A stretch of 63,462 nucleotides of DNA, filler included, from Intoshia linei (lineage: Eukaryota > Animalia > Orthonectida), in the NCBI GenBank assembly GCA_001642005.1. It is 9 parts of 9 records of this genome, joined end to end, with 100 filler letters (N's around TTAATTAATTAA, not from the genome) between each part and the next. Parts side by side here need not be neighbours in the genome. Positions count along the whole stretch, not along the records: positions 40,336 to 53,868 come from LWCA01001009.1; positions 53,969 to 59,151 come from LWCA01001817.1; 7 more parts are not named here. One strand, 5' to 3'. The notes under the pieces are model-generated. The model ran no database searches. It was not told where the DNA came from and worked only from the letters and a program-made list of their open reading frames with translations. Positions 40,336-53,989 of the stretch are shown here, piece after piece (the stretch's first letter is position 1; each line of letters opens with the position of its first letter). The translations under genes and the position numbers were made by a program.

Positions 40336-41285
40336 CAATATTTTTCAAATATTTCGATTAAAATCAAAAATTGAAAAAGTAAATATTGATCCTACAATAT
40401 TAAAAAAAATGTGTATTGTACGTCTACACATTTCCAATGAAGACATATGGGTGAAAAAATCTATATAATTCATTCCTTCGGAATTTTTTTTATTGCTACG
40501 CAATTTTTAAATTTCAAATTTTTATTTTCAAAACATTTTTTATAATCTTCAAATTTTAACACTACAGCAACGAATTTATAAAATTAAATTTATATTAACT
40601 CATAAACGTGTTATTTTTTTTTTATTGATAATAATTACAAATTTAACATAAAATGGTAAAAAGAAAAGTAACATTCACAAGAAAAAAGGCCAAAAGTATG
40701 GAAAAATTTTTAACATCAATCATTTTTATATTAAAATCCTTTGCAATAATGGTAAAATTCGACTGAAATATTCATAAAGTGAAGATTCAATTAATTATTT
40801 ATACACAATTGGTATTTTTAAGTATTTACTAAATTTGATACTGAATATGTGTCATCACCTTAAAAATGACAAAATGTTTTTATAATTTTATTTTTTCTGG
40901 AATTTATGCTATTTATGACAATTTTTAAATGAGTGTTTTTACTTTATTGTTAAGATTATACAACTCATTCTGTCTAATAAATTATTTCTTTAATTTTATT
41001 TTTTCTGGAATTTATGCTATTTATGACAATTTTTAGGATTGGACGTTTTTACTTTACTTTTGAATATTATACACACATTCTTTCTAAAAAATTAAAAAAT
41101 GGAATAACAATTGTTTTTAAATTCTTTACGCAAATGTTAACAAAACAAAACAAAGGATTGATAATAGTTAATAGTAGAATATTTAAGTTAGATTTTCAAC
41201 GTGAATTTATTTTTTTGGTATAATAAAAGAGTGCCTTCAGCAGAGCTAGGTGCTGTTTGTACGTAGTACAAAACTGCCAAGCTAG
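40336..41285 (+). mobile_element. Helitron 3' part in a PDI intron
   Basis: Ends with ctgtttgtacgtagtacaaaactgccaagCTAG|T. The body matches the reverse complement of 32431-33240. Confidence 0.78.
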
Positions 41286-41304
41286 TGATTATATAAAAAC
41301 ATAC

Positions 41305-41826
41305 CAACATAAACTGTATATCCGGTTTATCTTTTAAATTTGCAGCTGCTTTGGTGAATTCCGGTTTAAAAGATTTACAATGCCCACACCTATAATGAAC
41401 AATTAAAATGATTGCAAACTAAAATTTTTAGGTATTACCAAACAAAACCTTAAAAACAATGAAAAATAAAAAATAAGTAGACTGTCATAAAAATCAGGAT
41501 ATTAAAAATGGAAATTTTTTATCTCAGTCGAATCTCCATAAAAATAGTGAGTAAAGCAAAATATACACATAGTTTAAACATTGAAAAATTAACGCAATCA
41601 CTTGTAATATTAAATTAATATTATTAATAGACAATTTAATATCCAATGTATAATTAATATTTTAAATAAAACTTTACCACGGTGCATAAAACATGGCAAT
41701 CGTATATTTTGCATTTGCAAAATCTATTTTAATTTCTTGTTCACCATTATATTCTACAACATTTGCATATTCTTCCGAATAAACGTAACAAATTAAAATA
41801 AAAATTAAACTAACAAGTAAATTCAT
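41305..41826 (-). CDS. Protein disulfide isomerase family, first two exons (remainder not in this contig)
   Basis: Signal peptide MNLLVSLIFILICYVYS, then AMFYAPW|CGHCKSFKPEFTKAAANLK with the WCGHC active site split by an intron. Exons are 41678-41826 and 41305-41389. Confidence 0.9.
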
Positions 41827-42489
41827 TTGACTTTTGATAAACAAAAATTACACGTATGTCGAAATAAAATATTGTTTACGCTATCATTGTCAAGGTATAT
41901 TTAGTTTACGTGTTTTTGTCTGCAATATTATAGGTTTAATCTATTTATAGTTAGATTTCTGGGACGATTTAATTTAGTTATGTTATTTTTTATTTTCGCA
42001 TACTTTGTCATAAAGAATTGTCTACGATTTATGATATTATGTAGTTGAAGTTTGACATAAGTTTTCATAAAATATTTTAGAAAATTTAATGAAATTAAAT
42101 TTACATGAAGGAAACGTGCATAAAAAAACAAAATATCATAAATTTTCTAATTAAAATAAATATTATTATGTACGGTTTAGTTTTTTTAATGTTGTGATTA
42201 ATTTTCTTTTAACAATGTTAAAATTATGATTACAAACGCTGCAAGTTGTAGTTTGCATTTCACACTGTACATTGAATAATGATCATTTTGATGAAAACTT
42301 AAAGAAAATGACCATTTAAAACTATATTGATTTAATATAGTATTCATTATTTTTGGTTTTTATGTACTTTTTTGTATGTATGCTTTTAATGCTTTTTTAA
42401 ATTTTTTTTAAATATTAAATATTAGTTTATTTTATAATTACAATACAACTAACTTTATTGAAATCTAAGAAAGTAACAAAACATCGACG

Positions 42490-45400
42490 ATGCCCACGAT
42501 TTCAGTTCGTTATAAGGATTTGATGAATTTATTGGGTGAAAAATTGGGTAAATTCATGATTTTATACCAATAAAAATGATTGTTTTTAAAATATGCTATT
42601 TATAAATAATAAATATTAATTATTGTAGATGATGAGCAAGTTGATCAGCTTTTATTTGATTATGGATTAGAATTGGATCAAATTGTAATTGATATTATTA
42701 AAATATAAACTATATTATGCTGATCATTATAAGTACATTGTATTATAAACACTTAGACCTGTGAAAATGAAACTATATCAAATATTTCAAATATAAAGGA
42801 CGAAGAAAAAATATACAAAATTGAAACTCCCGCCAACAGGTAGAATTTACGTGATTTTTGTTTATTTTCATAATCAATTTTTTTCGTTCGATCACGCATT
42901 TTATGGAAATCGGACATGTAATTTATTGTAAATCATAATTTTTTACTTTATTACTCGAGTGTAATAGTCTAATTTAAATGTTTGAACGCCGAATTAATTT
43001 TACATGATGAATATTTATAATACTTATTAGTATATAATTTTATCATTAGATTTGATTTGTTATCGGTGGAAGGTTTAGCTGCAGCACTTTCTTATTTCAT
43101 GGGGTAATGTCGATATCGTTGAAATGTAAATGTTTTTAGTAAACCGACTGATAGACATATTGTTTTGAAAAAAGAAAAAATGAGTGTCATTCAAGTAGAT
43201 TCAAGTGTGGAAAGTATTAGACCATTTGTTGTTGGAGCCATCATGCGCAATGTAGTTTTTAATCCAGAAAATTATAAAAGTTTTATCGACCTACAAGATA
43301 AACTACATTCAAGTATTGGAAGGTGAGTTTTATTCGAACTATTCCTTATATCACAGTTTTTGTTTATATGTTGTAGACAAATCCAATTTTTTGACTCACG
43401 CAACTTTGACAGCGCGCTGCGGTCAGTTCGTAGTTTTTCATGAACCCTTCCGTAAATTATATGTGAACACCGGGTCCAGAAGAATCAGGTTTATAATGTT
43501 AATAAATTTACTCAGGAATGAGTGGAACAAATATGAGGAATATTAATATTTAATGAAAATATTCTTAAACCTAACCATTTTTATAAACTCTTTAGGAAAA
43601 TTCTACTTGTATCATCCCTAAAATGAAAAATTCAGTTTAACCAATTCTTAAATGAAAAAATCAATTTTATTAACTCTTTAGGATAAATTCCAGTTTTACC
43701 AATCTTAAAAGGAACAATGCAGTTAAGGTTTTAACATTTTAGGGTTGGTAAAACCAGATTTTTTGTTTTAGGGTTTGTAAAAGTCGATTAATACTTAGTA
43801 AAACAGGATTTTTCCCTTAAGGGTGGATAAAAATGGAATTTTCCCTAAAGATTTAGTAAAATTGATTCTTTCCTTTTAGGGTTGGTAAAACTGATTTTTT
43901 CATTTTGGGGTTGGTAAAACTGAATTTTTCTTGTTAGGGTTGGTAAAATTGATTTTTATATTTTAGGATTGGTAAAACTGGAATTTTTTATTTTAGGGTT
44001 GGTAAGACTAAATTTTTATCTTAAGATTTGGTAAAACAGGAATTTTCCCAAAAGAATTGGTAAATTTTGATTTTTAGTAAATATGGTTGGATTTAAGTAG
44101 ACACTAGGGTGTTAACTTTTGTCTAAGAACAAAAATACAGGGTTATACAGGATGAGAAAAAAATTCTAAGAACGGTGGTACCATTCATTAAGCCTAAATT
44201 TCAAAAAACATTGACCTGCCCAAAGGAAATAGTTTTCATAAATAAGATTTATAAAATTGTGTGTAACCTTGTCATTATGTTTATATAATTTATTATAATT
44301 TATAGTTTAATTATAATTAAAATGGGTCTAATTAATGACAAAAAAATATTTTTTTCTCTCTATTTTATATTTAAAATTTGATAAGTAATGGCTAAAATTT
44401 TTTTTTGTGTCAAAATAATATAAACGTAATATAATTAACATAAATCATTTAATGAAATTCAGCTCAATAAAAAAATAATAATTATTTTGATTCTAATTAG
44501 ATTGTAATGTTTCATGTTTTCCATATTCTATCTGTAAAATAAAAAGAACTCTCAATAAATGTGTAAATAAAGGTTGACAGAAGTATAGGTTAGCATTATG
44601 TAGATATCTTTGAGAAGCAACATTTTTGACAAAACTAATTCGTATATAAAATCTCACAGAAATTATATAACACGGGAATAAGGCTGATGAAATTTGGCTG
44701 ATGAAGGCAAATTCGTAACTGTTGGACCCATACAAGTTGTATCATAATGATACATTTAAAAAAGTTTGTTGTATCATATGTATATTTTTTCACTGTTAGG
44801 TGTTCTACCATAGAATTCACTCCTAAAGAGCAACCTTTCCACTTCTATTAAAAAAATTTATTTATACTAATTCTCAGATTCTTTATGGGGTTAAGTAACG
44901 ACAGTACCATAAATACTTTCAAATGCCTACAAAAATTAGATCGGTTGCATGCATTGACGGTGAATTAGATAATGACACCGTTAATCGACTTGAAATTAAT
45001 AATAATCATAAAAAATAATATAAGTTTCAGTTGAAAATATTATGGGTATTTTTAAACTGCAGAGCAGTCCGATGTTTTTGTAATAATATTAAAAACAAAC
45101 ACCGCAGATGTTATTTTTATTGCATTTCTCATACCGTACGGCCCTGTATTTTTTTAATTTTTAAAATTCGATCAAAAAGTTAACACCCTAGTAGACACAG
45201 TAATTTTACCAATTTTATTTAAATAGTTAAATATTATAAAATGTAGCGAGTATTACTGGTAAGTAATAGTTCTATTAAAATGCAACATTTATCATGTTTC
45301 TAATAGTGGTTGAGATTTATGTAGAGGTCGCTAATTTTTACCATTCGACCCAAAATTTGTTTAAAAATAATGTTTACAATATGTATTTAACTGTGCGTGT

Positions 45401-48400
45401 TATAACATTTCAAATTTGTTGGAATTTTTATATTTTCCAACTACCAATTGTACTACATATGAAGTACATACTATATACTACATAACACAGATGGTGTTAA
45501 TAGTATATAGTGTTATTAATATCCAGTAATACTATTTAATTATCACGGATTATCAAAATTGTAGAAATCGAAGTATTGTTTCAATGGGTACACACGACTT
45601 GGATACAATCCAGGGACCATTTGTTTACAAAGCTCTACCTCCATCACAGATTATATTTAAACCCCTGAATGCTTCTCAAAAATACTCGGCTGATGAGTTG
45701 ATAGAGTTATATTCGGTTTGTTTTTTATTTATTATTTTTTTAGATAAATTGTTACTCACTCATTCATCTTTACTCCCTTTACTTACATAAACTTGAATGT
45801 CTTAATTAATTAAAAAATTAAGAGTAAGAAATTAAACCAACCAATTTTTAATACTTTTTAAAAATTGATGTAGCATTGTCAATTACATTCTTAGATATTA
45901 GATTTTCAGTGTCAAAAACTCCATTTTTAAAAAATGAAAAAATCTTATATTATGCATGTAAGTAATGGCATTTATTAGTAAAACCAAAATTAAACCAAAT
46001 GATGAAATTATTTTGAATTAAAAATGAATACTAAAGTACTTTTTTGACCGAGAGGGCGTCACTTTTGTATATTGAATTTTATCAGAATTTTACGATAATA
46101 TTAATGATTTTATAAACTATCGCAGACTATTTAAAAAAGAGGTTATTTATGTTTTTTGAATTTACATTTATACACTTTAGAATTTAATTTAACATTGGCA
46201 GGAGTGTTATATACCAGCACGTGCTGGTTATATAACCAACAGTAAATATAAAAACGTTGACCCTCGACAGAGTTAGCTGTTTGTACGAATTACAAACAAG
46301 TCAAGCTAGTTTAATGTAATTCATTTTAATTTTTAAATTTTTAGAAAAACAGTCACCTCAAACCATATCTTAACATAATCAAAAATTTTGACAAATATCC
46401 AGTTATTTTGGATGCAAATGGTGTAGTTTGTTCTATGCCTCCTATTATAAATGGTACATTTTTTATGTAAATATGCATCATAGTGTCATTATTATAATTT
46501 ACATGTACATAAATGTAAGGACTTATTACATGGGTCGTCTCAAAAGTGGACACCCTAATTAATACATATCATTTTTAATTTAATTTTCCTAAATTTAAAA
46601 AAAATAAATGACCACTAGGATTGGGAATTTAAAGAACAACGTGATCTCCATTCAATAAATGAATATCTGTCAATTCCTCCTTTAATTTTTTGGGTGTACT
46701 ATTAATTACTGTTCGTTATTCATATATCAATATGAATGAATCGAGGTTTTTTGATTTGAAATAATATTATTAAATGTCCCGTCACTATCATTCGTTTTGG
46801 ACTCTCAAAATTATGAAAAATGCACATTTTTATAATCTATCATGGGTTCGTTATGTACGTATAAATTACGCATACTTTTAGGTGAACACTCAAAACTATC
46901 CATTGAAACAAAAAACATTTTTATCGAAATAACTGCAACGGACGAACACAGAGCAAATGTTGCACTAAACTCTCTTGTGACGGCATTTAGTTGTTATTTA
47001 GAAAAAAAATTTCAAGTCGACGCAATTTCGATAGAATATGACGAAAGAACTGAAATTTCACCAAATTTATCTTACCGCCAAGAAAAATTACACGTTAATC
47101 TTGTAAATTCTCGAATTGGTATCAATGAAACACAACCTTCCATGATTCGTCATTTAAATCGAATGGGATTTAATGTCAAACCATTTGATGAAAATACACT
47201 GCTTGTCAGTGTACCACCTAACAGAAGCGACATTCTGCATTGGTATGATTTGTGTGAGGATGTTGCTATATCATATGGCTACAATAATATAATCAAAAAA
47301 ATGCCTTCTACAAATGCCATTACGACTGTGGTATGATATTTAGTATAGGGGTAGATATAATGTTAATTAAGATTTATATGAATGATATTAGCGACAAACT
47401 CCGTGCTGAAATTGCATATTATGGATATAATGAAGCTCTCACGTTTTCTTTGGTATGATTCAAAATTTTATTTTTTTTATAATTTTTAACGGATAGTATT
47501 CTAAATCGGATGTTTTTTATAAAAGAGACGATTTACCTTCTTCAGTGACATCAAAGGAGTGTTTAGATTGTGTTTGTATACTAAATCCAAAAACGACTGA
47601 ATGCCAGGTTTTAGTAAAAAAATTGTGTTATTTATATTATATAGATGGTGCGAAAATCTTTGATACCTGGTTTACTCAAAACACTTTCGGCTAATCAAAT
47701 TTATATTTTACCTCTAAAATTATTTGAAGTTTCAGATGTCGTTTTGATGGATCTATCCAATAGTTTTTTCATTTTTATTGCAATTTTTTTAACTTATTTT
47801 TAGGTAATAAAGCATCGAATCAAAGAAATATAGCTGCGGTGTACATGTCGACAGAATCTTCTTTTCAAGTTATTCACGGTTTATTAGACAAAATATTGAA
47901 TTTTCTTGGATTATACAACAAAACTGATTACGTTTTGGAAAAAGATGAAACAAGTAATTTAAATGATTCATTCAATCCATTCTCTGGAACGACATTCGTT
48001 TGGGCGATACATCTTAGAGCAGGCGTCGGAATTCTGTGACCACAGAATAATTTTGGTGGCCCTTTGAGTAAATGTGTAAATTATTTATGTTTTAACTTTT
48101 AAACACTTTTCTACCATAATTGGCTTATTTTAATAATTTTAACTATGAATTTTTAGATCGCCCTGGATATTATTTTGTTGAATATATTTGAACCGTTTCT
48201 TTTCAATTAAAATTGAAATTTATCATGTGTAAATTTTCAAAAACGGGACCGTAGAATTCTTGGATAAAAAAAATGGCCCACTAGACGCAAAACGTTGCCG
48301 AAACCATCTTAGAGCGACATAATCATCTATTATACTATAATTTATCATATTGATTTTTTCACGAAATTTTACTGGGTTTCTTTATTCATATTTATTTAGT

Positions 48401-49047
48401 ACTTTTATTATCTTGTATTCATAATTTTTTTAAGGAATATTTTTTTCTACCATTTTTAAACGATTTTGTTGGGTTTTAAGGGAATATTTTTTAAAAATTT
48501 TGAATATATTTTTGGGACTAAAATTATGTAGGGTTTTTAAGGTTAGTTTTTTTACAAAATTTTGGTTTTAAGATTTTGTAGGGAATATTTATTTTTACCA
48601 TTTTTTAAACACTTTGAAGATATTTTTGGGACTAAAATTATGTAGAGTTTTAAGTTAATAAGGAAAGTTTTTGATTAACCAATTTTTAAAGATAATTTTG
48701 GTTCCAAAATTTTATAAGGGAATTTTTTACTATCATTTTTTCTATTTAACATCTACCAAATGAATGTTCATCAATTTAAATGTCATATATAACGTGTTAT
48801 TTATTTTTTTCAAATATTATTGTACATTGTACAATTTGTATTTAATCAACTAATCCAAATTTAATGTATATTTTACTTAGATATTGCTTATTTCTCACCA
48901 CGATGCGCTAAAATAAAACTTCTTAAATCTAATGCAATTATTGGAAGTATCGGCATCATTCACCCAAAAACGATTAAAAATTATGAAATTCCGTATATCG
49001 TATCTGCATTCGAATTTAATTTACAAATGTTATTGAAATATTTATAA
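42490..49047 (+). CDS. FARSB: Phenylalanyl-tRNA synthetase beta subunit, complete multi-exon gene
   Basis: Motifs in order: [144 protein letters not shown]. Confidence 0.97.
43563..44096. repeat. Foldback-like element: inverted arms built from ~38-39 nt subrepeats
   Basis: Termini cttaaacctaaccatttt / aaatatggttggatttaag. The right arm has ~8 units of ttagggttggtaaaactgatttttt..., and the left arm has reverse-complement units. Related units occur at ~15030-15090, ~18600-18700 and ~48430-48730. Confidence 0.75.
44105..45190. mobile_element. 1086-bp non-autonomous hAT element with a perfect 8-bp TSD
   Basis: Perfect 16-bp TIR TAGGGTGTTAACTTTT / AAAAGTTAACACCCTA; TSD GTAGACAC at 44097-44104 and 45191-45198. 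Confidence 0.92.
45768..46309 (+). mobile_element. Degenerate Helitron in a FARSB intron
   Basis: Starts near tctttact...tttacttacataaa and ends ctgtttgtacgaattacaaacaagtcaagCTAG|T. Confidence 0.65.
48020..48306. mobile_element. hAT MITE in the last FARSB intron
   Basis: 8-bp direct repeat TCTTAGAG at 48012-48019 and 48307-48314, with degenerate TIRs caggcgtcgg / ccgaaacca. Confidence 0.65.
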
Positions 49048-49333
49048 TTTTGATGAATAAATTTAATTATTTTTTAAAATTCACAAATAAAAGTATCGTA
49101 AAAGTAGGCGTTTCCTACGTTTGAGGTTATATAATTTGGGTTTTTAAGTTATATGATTGACAAATTGTCACTGAAAACGATGAAAAAGATAATGAATACT
49201 AAATTCATGCGCAGTTTAAAGTTAGTATTGTGAGCCAATTTCTAGAACTATTATTGTAATTATTATTAATACGGTAATTTGGTTTTTAGAGCATATATTT
49301 AAACTTTAATTTTTGTTAAAATCTGGCGAATTT

Positions 49334-50279
49334 TTAGTTTTTTGGTATATTCCTACCAGAATTGATCCACCAGTCACCGGAAAACACGCCGTCATTTCTA
49401 TGTTGATCCCATTTTTCGTACTAAAATATGATAAAATTAAAATGATACATATAAATTTACATAAAAAAAGTGAACAAGTTTAAAAAATTAGATTGAAAGC
49501 ATCAACATTAATTAAATCTTGATTGTTTATTACTTTTTCACATCTGATAAATAAAATTTACCCACGAAGATGGACATTGATTTCGATAAGCCCATTTAAA
49601 ATATTCACATGGAACATGATCATCTCCATGAATTTTATAACATCTATGATATTCGAGATAATTAAAGTAACAACCTCTAAATTCGAAAATATAATTAAAA
49701 TGCAGTATATTCTATTTCCAGAATTAAAAAAGTGATTTCGATAATATCCAATCTTAGATAAATGTAATAAATTTTACTCAATTTGTGTGTAATATCATGT
49801 TATTAAATGCGCCACTGAATTATCCATTTTAGTTAAGTTTCAACCCAATAAGCTGTGAAAAAAAAATTTTAAATTAACATATTTTTTATTCATAAAAATA
49901 GAAAAAAACAATCAAATTTAGCTAGGTACAATATTTAATCAAATATGAAATATATATGATATACTCAATTACATAAATAATTAAAATACCTCTTTTTATC
50001 AATTTGTGGGAATCGATTATCCAATGGTGGAGCATAAAAGCCATTAGAATGTTGATATTTCCTATATTTTGCATAACGTTCTTCCTTTGGTAATTCTATC
50101 ATTTCTTCAAATACTTCTTCTTTCTTTAAACGTTTAGATTCATCAATTGGAAACTTAACATTTATTAATTATAAAAATAATTCATTTTTAAATAATTTTA
50201 TTAATCATGAATTACAAAAATAAAATACCTTGCCATCCTCAAAAACTAAATCACGTAATACTGGAAGGATATCAAACAT
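49334..50279 (-). CDS. COX6B: Cytochrome c oxidase subunit 6B (4 exons)
   Basis: APPLDNRFPQIDKKR|GCYFNYLEYHRCYKIHGDDHVPCEYFKWAYRNQCPSSW|YEKWDQHRNDGVF shows the DxRFP, Cx9C and Cx10C pattern of COX6B. Confidence 0.93.
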
Positions 50280-50396
50280 AATATTTGCAATTATTTAAAC
50301 GTAACTTTATTGTTTTAATTATTTAATTTTTGTCATCATCGAAATATTGTACTCTTTGTTTTTGTAATTGTTAATATACAAAATTGTACTGAAATT
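50280..50396. promoter_or_regulatory. Putative bidirectional promoter between COX6B and COQ5
   Basis: Only 117 bp separates the two divergent ATGs. Function is inferred from geometry alone. Confidence 0.6.
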
Positions 50397-53105
50397 ATGT
50401 GTATTATGAAACAATTAAGCTTGTTACAACGCTACAAAAATTTTAACATATTCAATCAATTAAAATGTTTTCAAAGATTAAATGAGACTTGGTTTGGTAA
50501 TATTCCTGTGAATGAATCGACAAAGCAAAATTTAGGTAATTTATATCTTTTTAATATTTTTTTTATATATATAAAAATGAATGTCCGTCTGTTATCGTTT
50601 AATTATAATTTATAAATTAAGAGCTGTAGAATTTAAAAAAAATATAAATTCAGGCAGTTTTTAAAATAATTAACAATTATCGCAAATCTGTACTTTATAA
50701 ATTTACATCTTCATGATCAAAATCACAAATTATCCTTTTTTTAAAAATGAAAAAAGTCAGAATTTTATAATACATGAGTTCTAGGCTTAACTTAACTTAT
50801 ACATAACTTATTATAACTTATAGCAGCTATCCTACAATTTTTTTACGGCGGACCGGTAATAAATAAAATTTATCGCGAACCATTAAATCAAATTACTAGG
50901 CAACATTAAAAAAAATGTAATAAGATGAGTTATAATTAGTATAAAAATTTTCACGCACCAGTACATGTCCGCGTATTGGCATTAGGGTAGGCTTGGTTAT
51001 ATGATGGTTTTTAAAATTATGAGCATTATCATTATGAAATTCTGATGAATATATGTTGTTTTTATTTAGTTAACAATGTATTTTCTAATGTATCTCAAAA
51101 ATACGACGTTATGAATGATTGCATGAGTCTTGGATTACATCGTCATTGGAAAAATTATTTTGTCAGTAAAATTTTGCCATATACTTATGGAATTCATTTT
51201 GATGTTGCGGGTGGAACAGGTTTCAATTTTAATTGTAAATTAATCGTACTTTGAACACTAATCGTGACAATTGGCTAGCAGCTAGCTACGTACTTAAAAA
51301 TATGGTCACTTTAGATTAACATTACTGGATTATATAAAAATTAAAGTCTAATTAATTTTGTACTGTTACACTTTTATATAGTATGTTTTACCGTTTAATT
51401 AAAAAATTAAGAGTCCTAGAAATAAATAAATAATTTCCAATATTTTTTTTCCAGATAAGATTTTATCGCAAAGTGTATATTCAGAAATTGAGTCTTTCAT
51501 GGCATAAACTCAAATTAACCTTTTTTTTAAATAAAATGTTTTTTAGAATTTAAAAAACATAACTTATGAAACAGTTTTTAAAATCACATCATCGAGTGTC
51601 ACAATCTCTGAGATTAACAGCTTCACTTTCAACAATTGTTAAATCTATTTAATTTAAAATTGTAATATATTATAATAATTAGGTGATGTAGCTTTTGAAC
51701 TATATAAACAAATTGTGATAAAAAAAAGATGGCCAAAATCGCAAATATATATTTGTGATATTAACAAAAATATGATTAATGAAGCTAAAAAAATTGAAAA
51801 AGCAACCTTTTCAAATCCTAGTATACATAAATAGTATATATAAATTACATATTAATCTAAATCCTGTTGACGTTAATTTTGATATTACTCTACTGAAGTG
51901 GTTCTCAACCCGCGTTCCGCAGAATTCCTGGGTTCTGCCAATGTTAATTGGGGTTCCGTGAAATATAAATGCGATATTTTTCAATTTAAAGTTTTTCTAA
52001 ATTACTGTTGTATGCAATGAAACAACATCATTTCCAAATTTAAATCAAATAAGTTTTAATAAAAGTATTATACGTTGTGAGTATGGGAACCTGAAAAATG
52101 ATGTTAAAAAGTAATAATAATTCAGATTATCTATATGAGAAATATTATAAAGAAGGTGGGTTTTTACTGGCCCAACTCTCTTCAAATAATTTAAATAAGT
52201 TACTTACCTTTTTATAACAGTTTAACTAAAAAGTTATCTCTCACGGACCTGGATGCTTCTTCGTAGTGTGAGGGAGGGAACTGGTTTTACTGGCTAAATT
52301 CCGTGTGTTATTAATTTTTTAATTAAAAATCAAATTGTTTTATATATGCGACATGCGAAAAAAAATTTTTGATCATGCTTTTAGGTGCCGCGATTTTTTG
52401 AAATTTCATAAGGGTTTCGCGCAGTAAAAAAAGTTGAGAAACACTGCTCTACTGTGACCAGATATAGGCGTGTTTGAATTTGAATTTATTTTAAGTCAAA
52501 TTTAATTTTCAATATATAAGCTCAAGAATTACCAAATAACCATTATTAATAATAAGGGTTAGACAAAGTGATACATAAAGTGATGAATCTTAATGAAATA
52601 TTTTATTTTTTGGAAAGTAATTATTTATATACATTTATTCTTGTATTTAGTGACTTTACAAATTAGTATTTTTTGGGTGTTTTAACTAAAAGTGTTTGGC
52701 GACCGAGAGTTGGAGTGTTTTTAATTTTTAATAAGGTTAGTTAGCTAGTCTTCTTAAACTTTTGATTTTGGTAGGTAAGAACCAATTTACACGAATCTTG
52801 TGGTAATTCATTTATAGATTTATTTATATTTACAAATTACTTAGTTTGAGAATTACTGGTTTAGATACTAAAGGACACTGATCAATGATCATTAATCAAG
52901 GATGAATCTATCATTTATTTATCTTTTTATAGTTGACTAGAAGTTTAATTTAATTTATTATTGATTAATTGATGTATAACACGTGTTAAATAATTTAGGC
53001 ATAGAATACATAATTAGCAATGGTCAAAACCTACCAGTATTTGATAAATCTGTCGATTCTTATTCTATTGCTTTTGGTATTAGAAATTTTGGATCTATTC
53101 AAGAT
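50397..53105 (+). CDS. COQ5: Ubiquinone biosynthesis C-methyltransferase, first four exons (3' end missing at the gap)
   Basis: TWFGNIPV..., [31 protein letters not shown]|[23 protein letters not shown]. Exons are 50397-50535, 51070-51219, 51683-51820 and 52999-53105. Confidence 0.95.
51896..52446. mobile_element. hAT (Charlie/Buster-type) MITE in a COQ5 intron
   Basis: TIRs (a)agtggttctcaac / gttgagaaacactg; perfect 8-bp TSD CTCTACTG at 51888-51895 and 52447-52454. Confidence 0.9.
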
Positions 53106-53629
53106 GTAATTATATTTGTATCATGATTTGACTGTGTTACTTACCTATTATCTATTTACCAACTATAGATAGGTGTATAGTCGGCGTATTTTATTGTTAA
53201 TCTATACCAGGGGTTGACAACCTTTCCACAAATTCAGCAGCATCGCTACTTTACTCATTGATACTACGGCCGCACAAAATTTATTTTGATATTGAGAAAT
53301 TTTAAATATATTTTGAGAAAGCCCTTGAATAAAATATGATTTAAACTTTTTTAATTTGACGTAAATAAAAATGTGCCCTCGGCACAGCTAGGTTTTGTTT
53401 GTACGTAGTACATAACAGTTAACTAGTACTATATCCTTACTTTTATAAGAGTTATTATTATTACAACATATAATTTAATAGTTACAGCATATAATTTCAC
53501 CAGCGTCTATAGTTATAATGTTAGCGTTTAAATTAATAGAAGTAGAAATTCTTCAATAGAATTTATTTTATTTAAACAACGTTATTTTTTATAAAATTAA
53601 CTTTTAATTTATTGAATTAACCGTTAATT

Positions 53630-53868
53630 TAACACTGCCTCAGCAAAGCTTGATTAGCCTGAGCTGGTCGTCCCCTTTTTCTTTTGACATTCAATGGGAG
53701 AGCTTTCGACTCTCGAGGTACAATGCACCCATCAATTCTTAATCGTATTTCTATACCGATAGAATGTTTAAACATTTAATTATTACCCCAAAAGGACACG
53801 TACACTTCGAAAACTTCCAATTTTCACGATCCAGCGATATTTTCCAAACAGAATTTAAACATTTTCTC
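53630..53868 (-). mobile_element. Mutator-like (MULE) transposase C-terminal remnant: SWIM finger plus AT-hook
   Basis: WKFSKCTCPF, then after a frameshift KHSIGIEIRL...PRESKALPLNVKRKRGRPAQANQALLRQC*. Confidence 0.75.
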
Positions 53869-53989
53869 NNNNNNNNNNNNNNNNNNNNNNNNNNNNNNNN
53901 NNNNNNNNNNNNTTAATTAATTAANNNNNNNNNNNNNNNNNNNNNNNNNNNNNNNNNNNNNNNNNNNNAAAATTAATGAATATAATATA

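Noticed and set aside
43563-44096. Possible CRISPR-like array or interstitial telomere
   Set aside because: The units are degenerate tandem copies with no unique spacers, there are no cas genes, and TTAGGG is not tandemly repeated.
49778-49852. Possible selenocysteine exon (LLG-TGA-NL, SELENOF-like) on the minus strand
   Set aside because: It lies inside the COX6B intron, lacks the CxU cysteine and hits a second TGA. COX6B splices cleanly across it.
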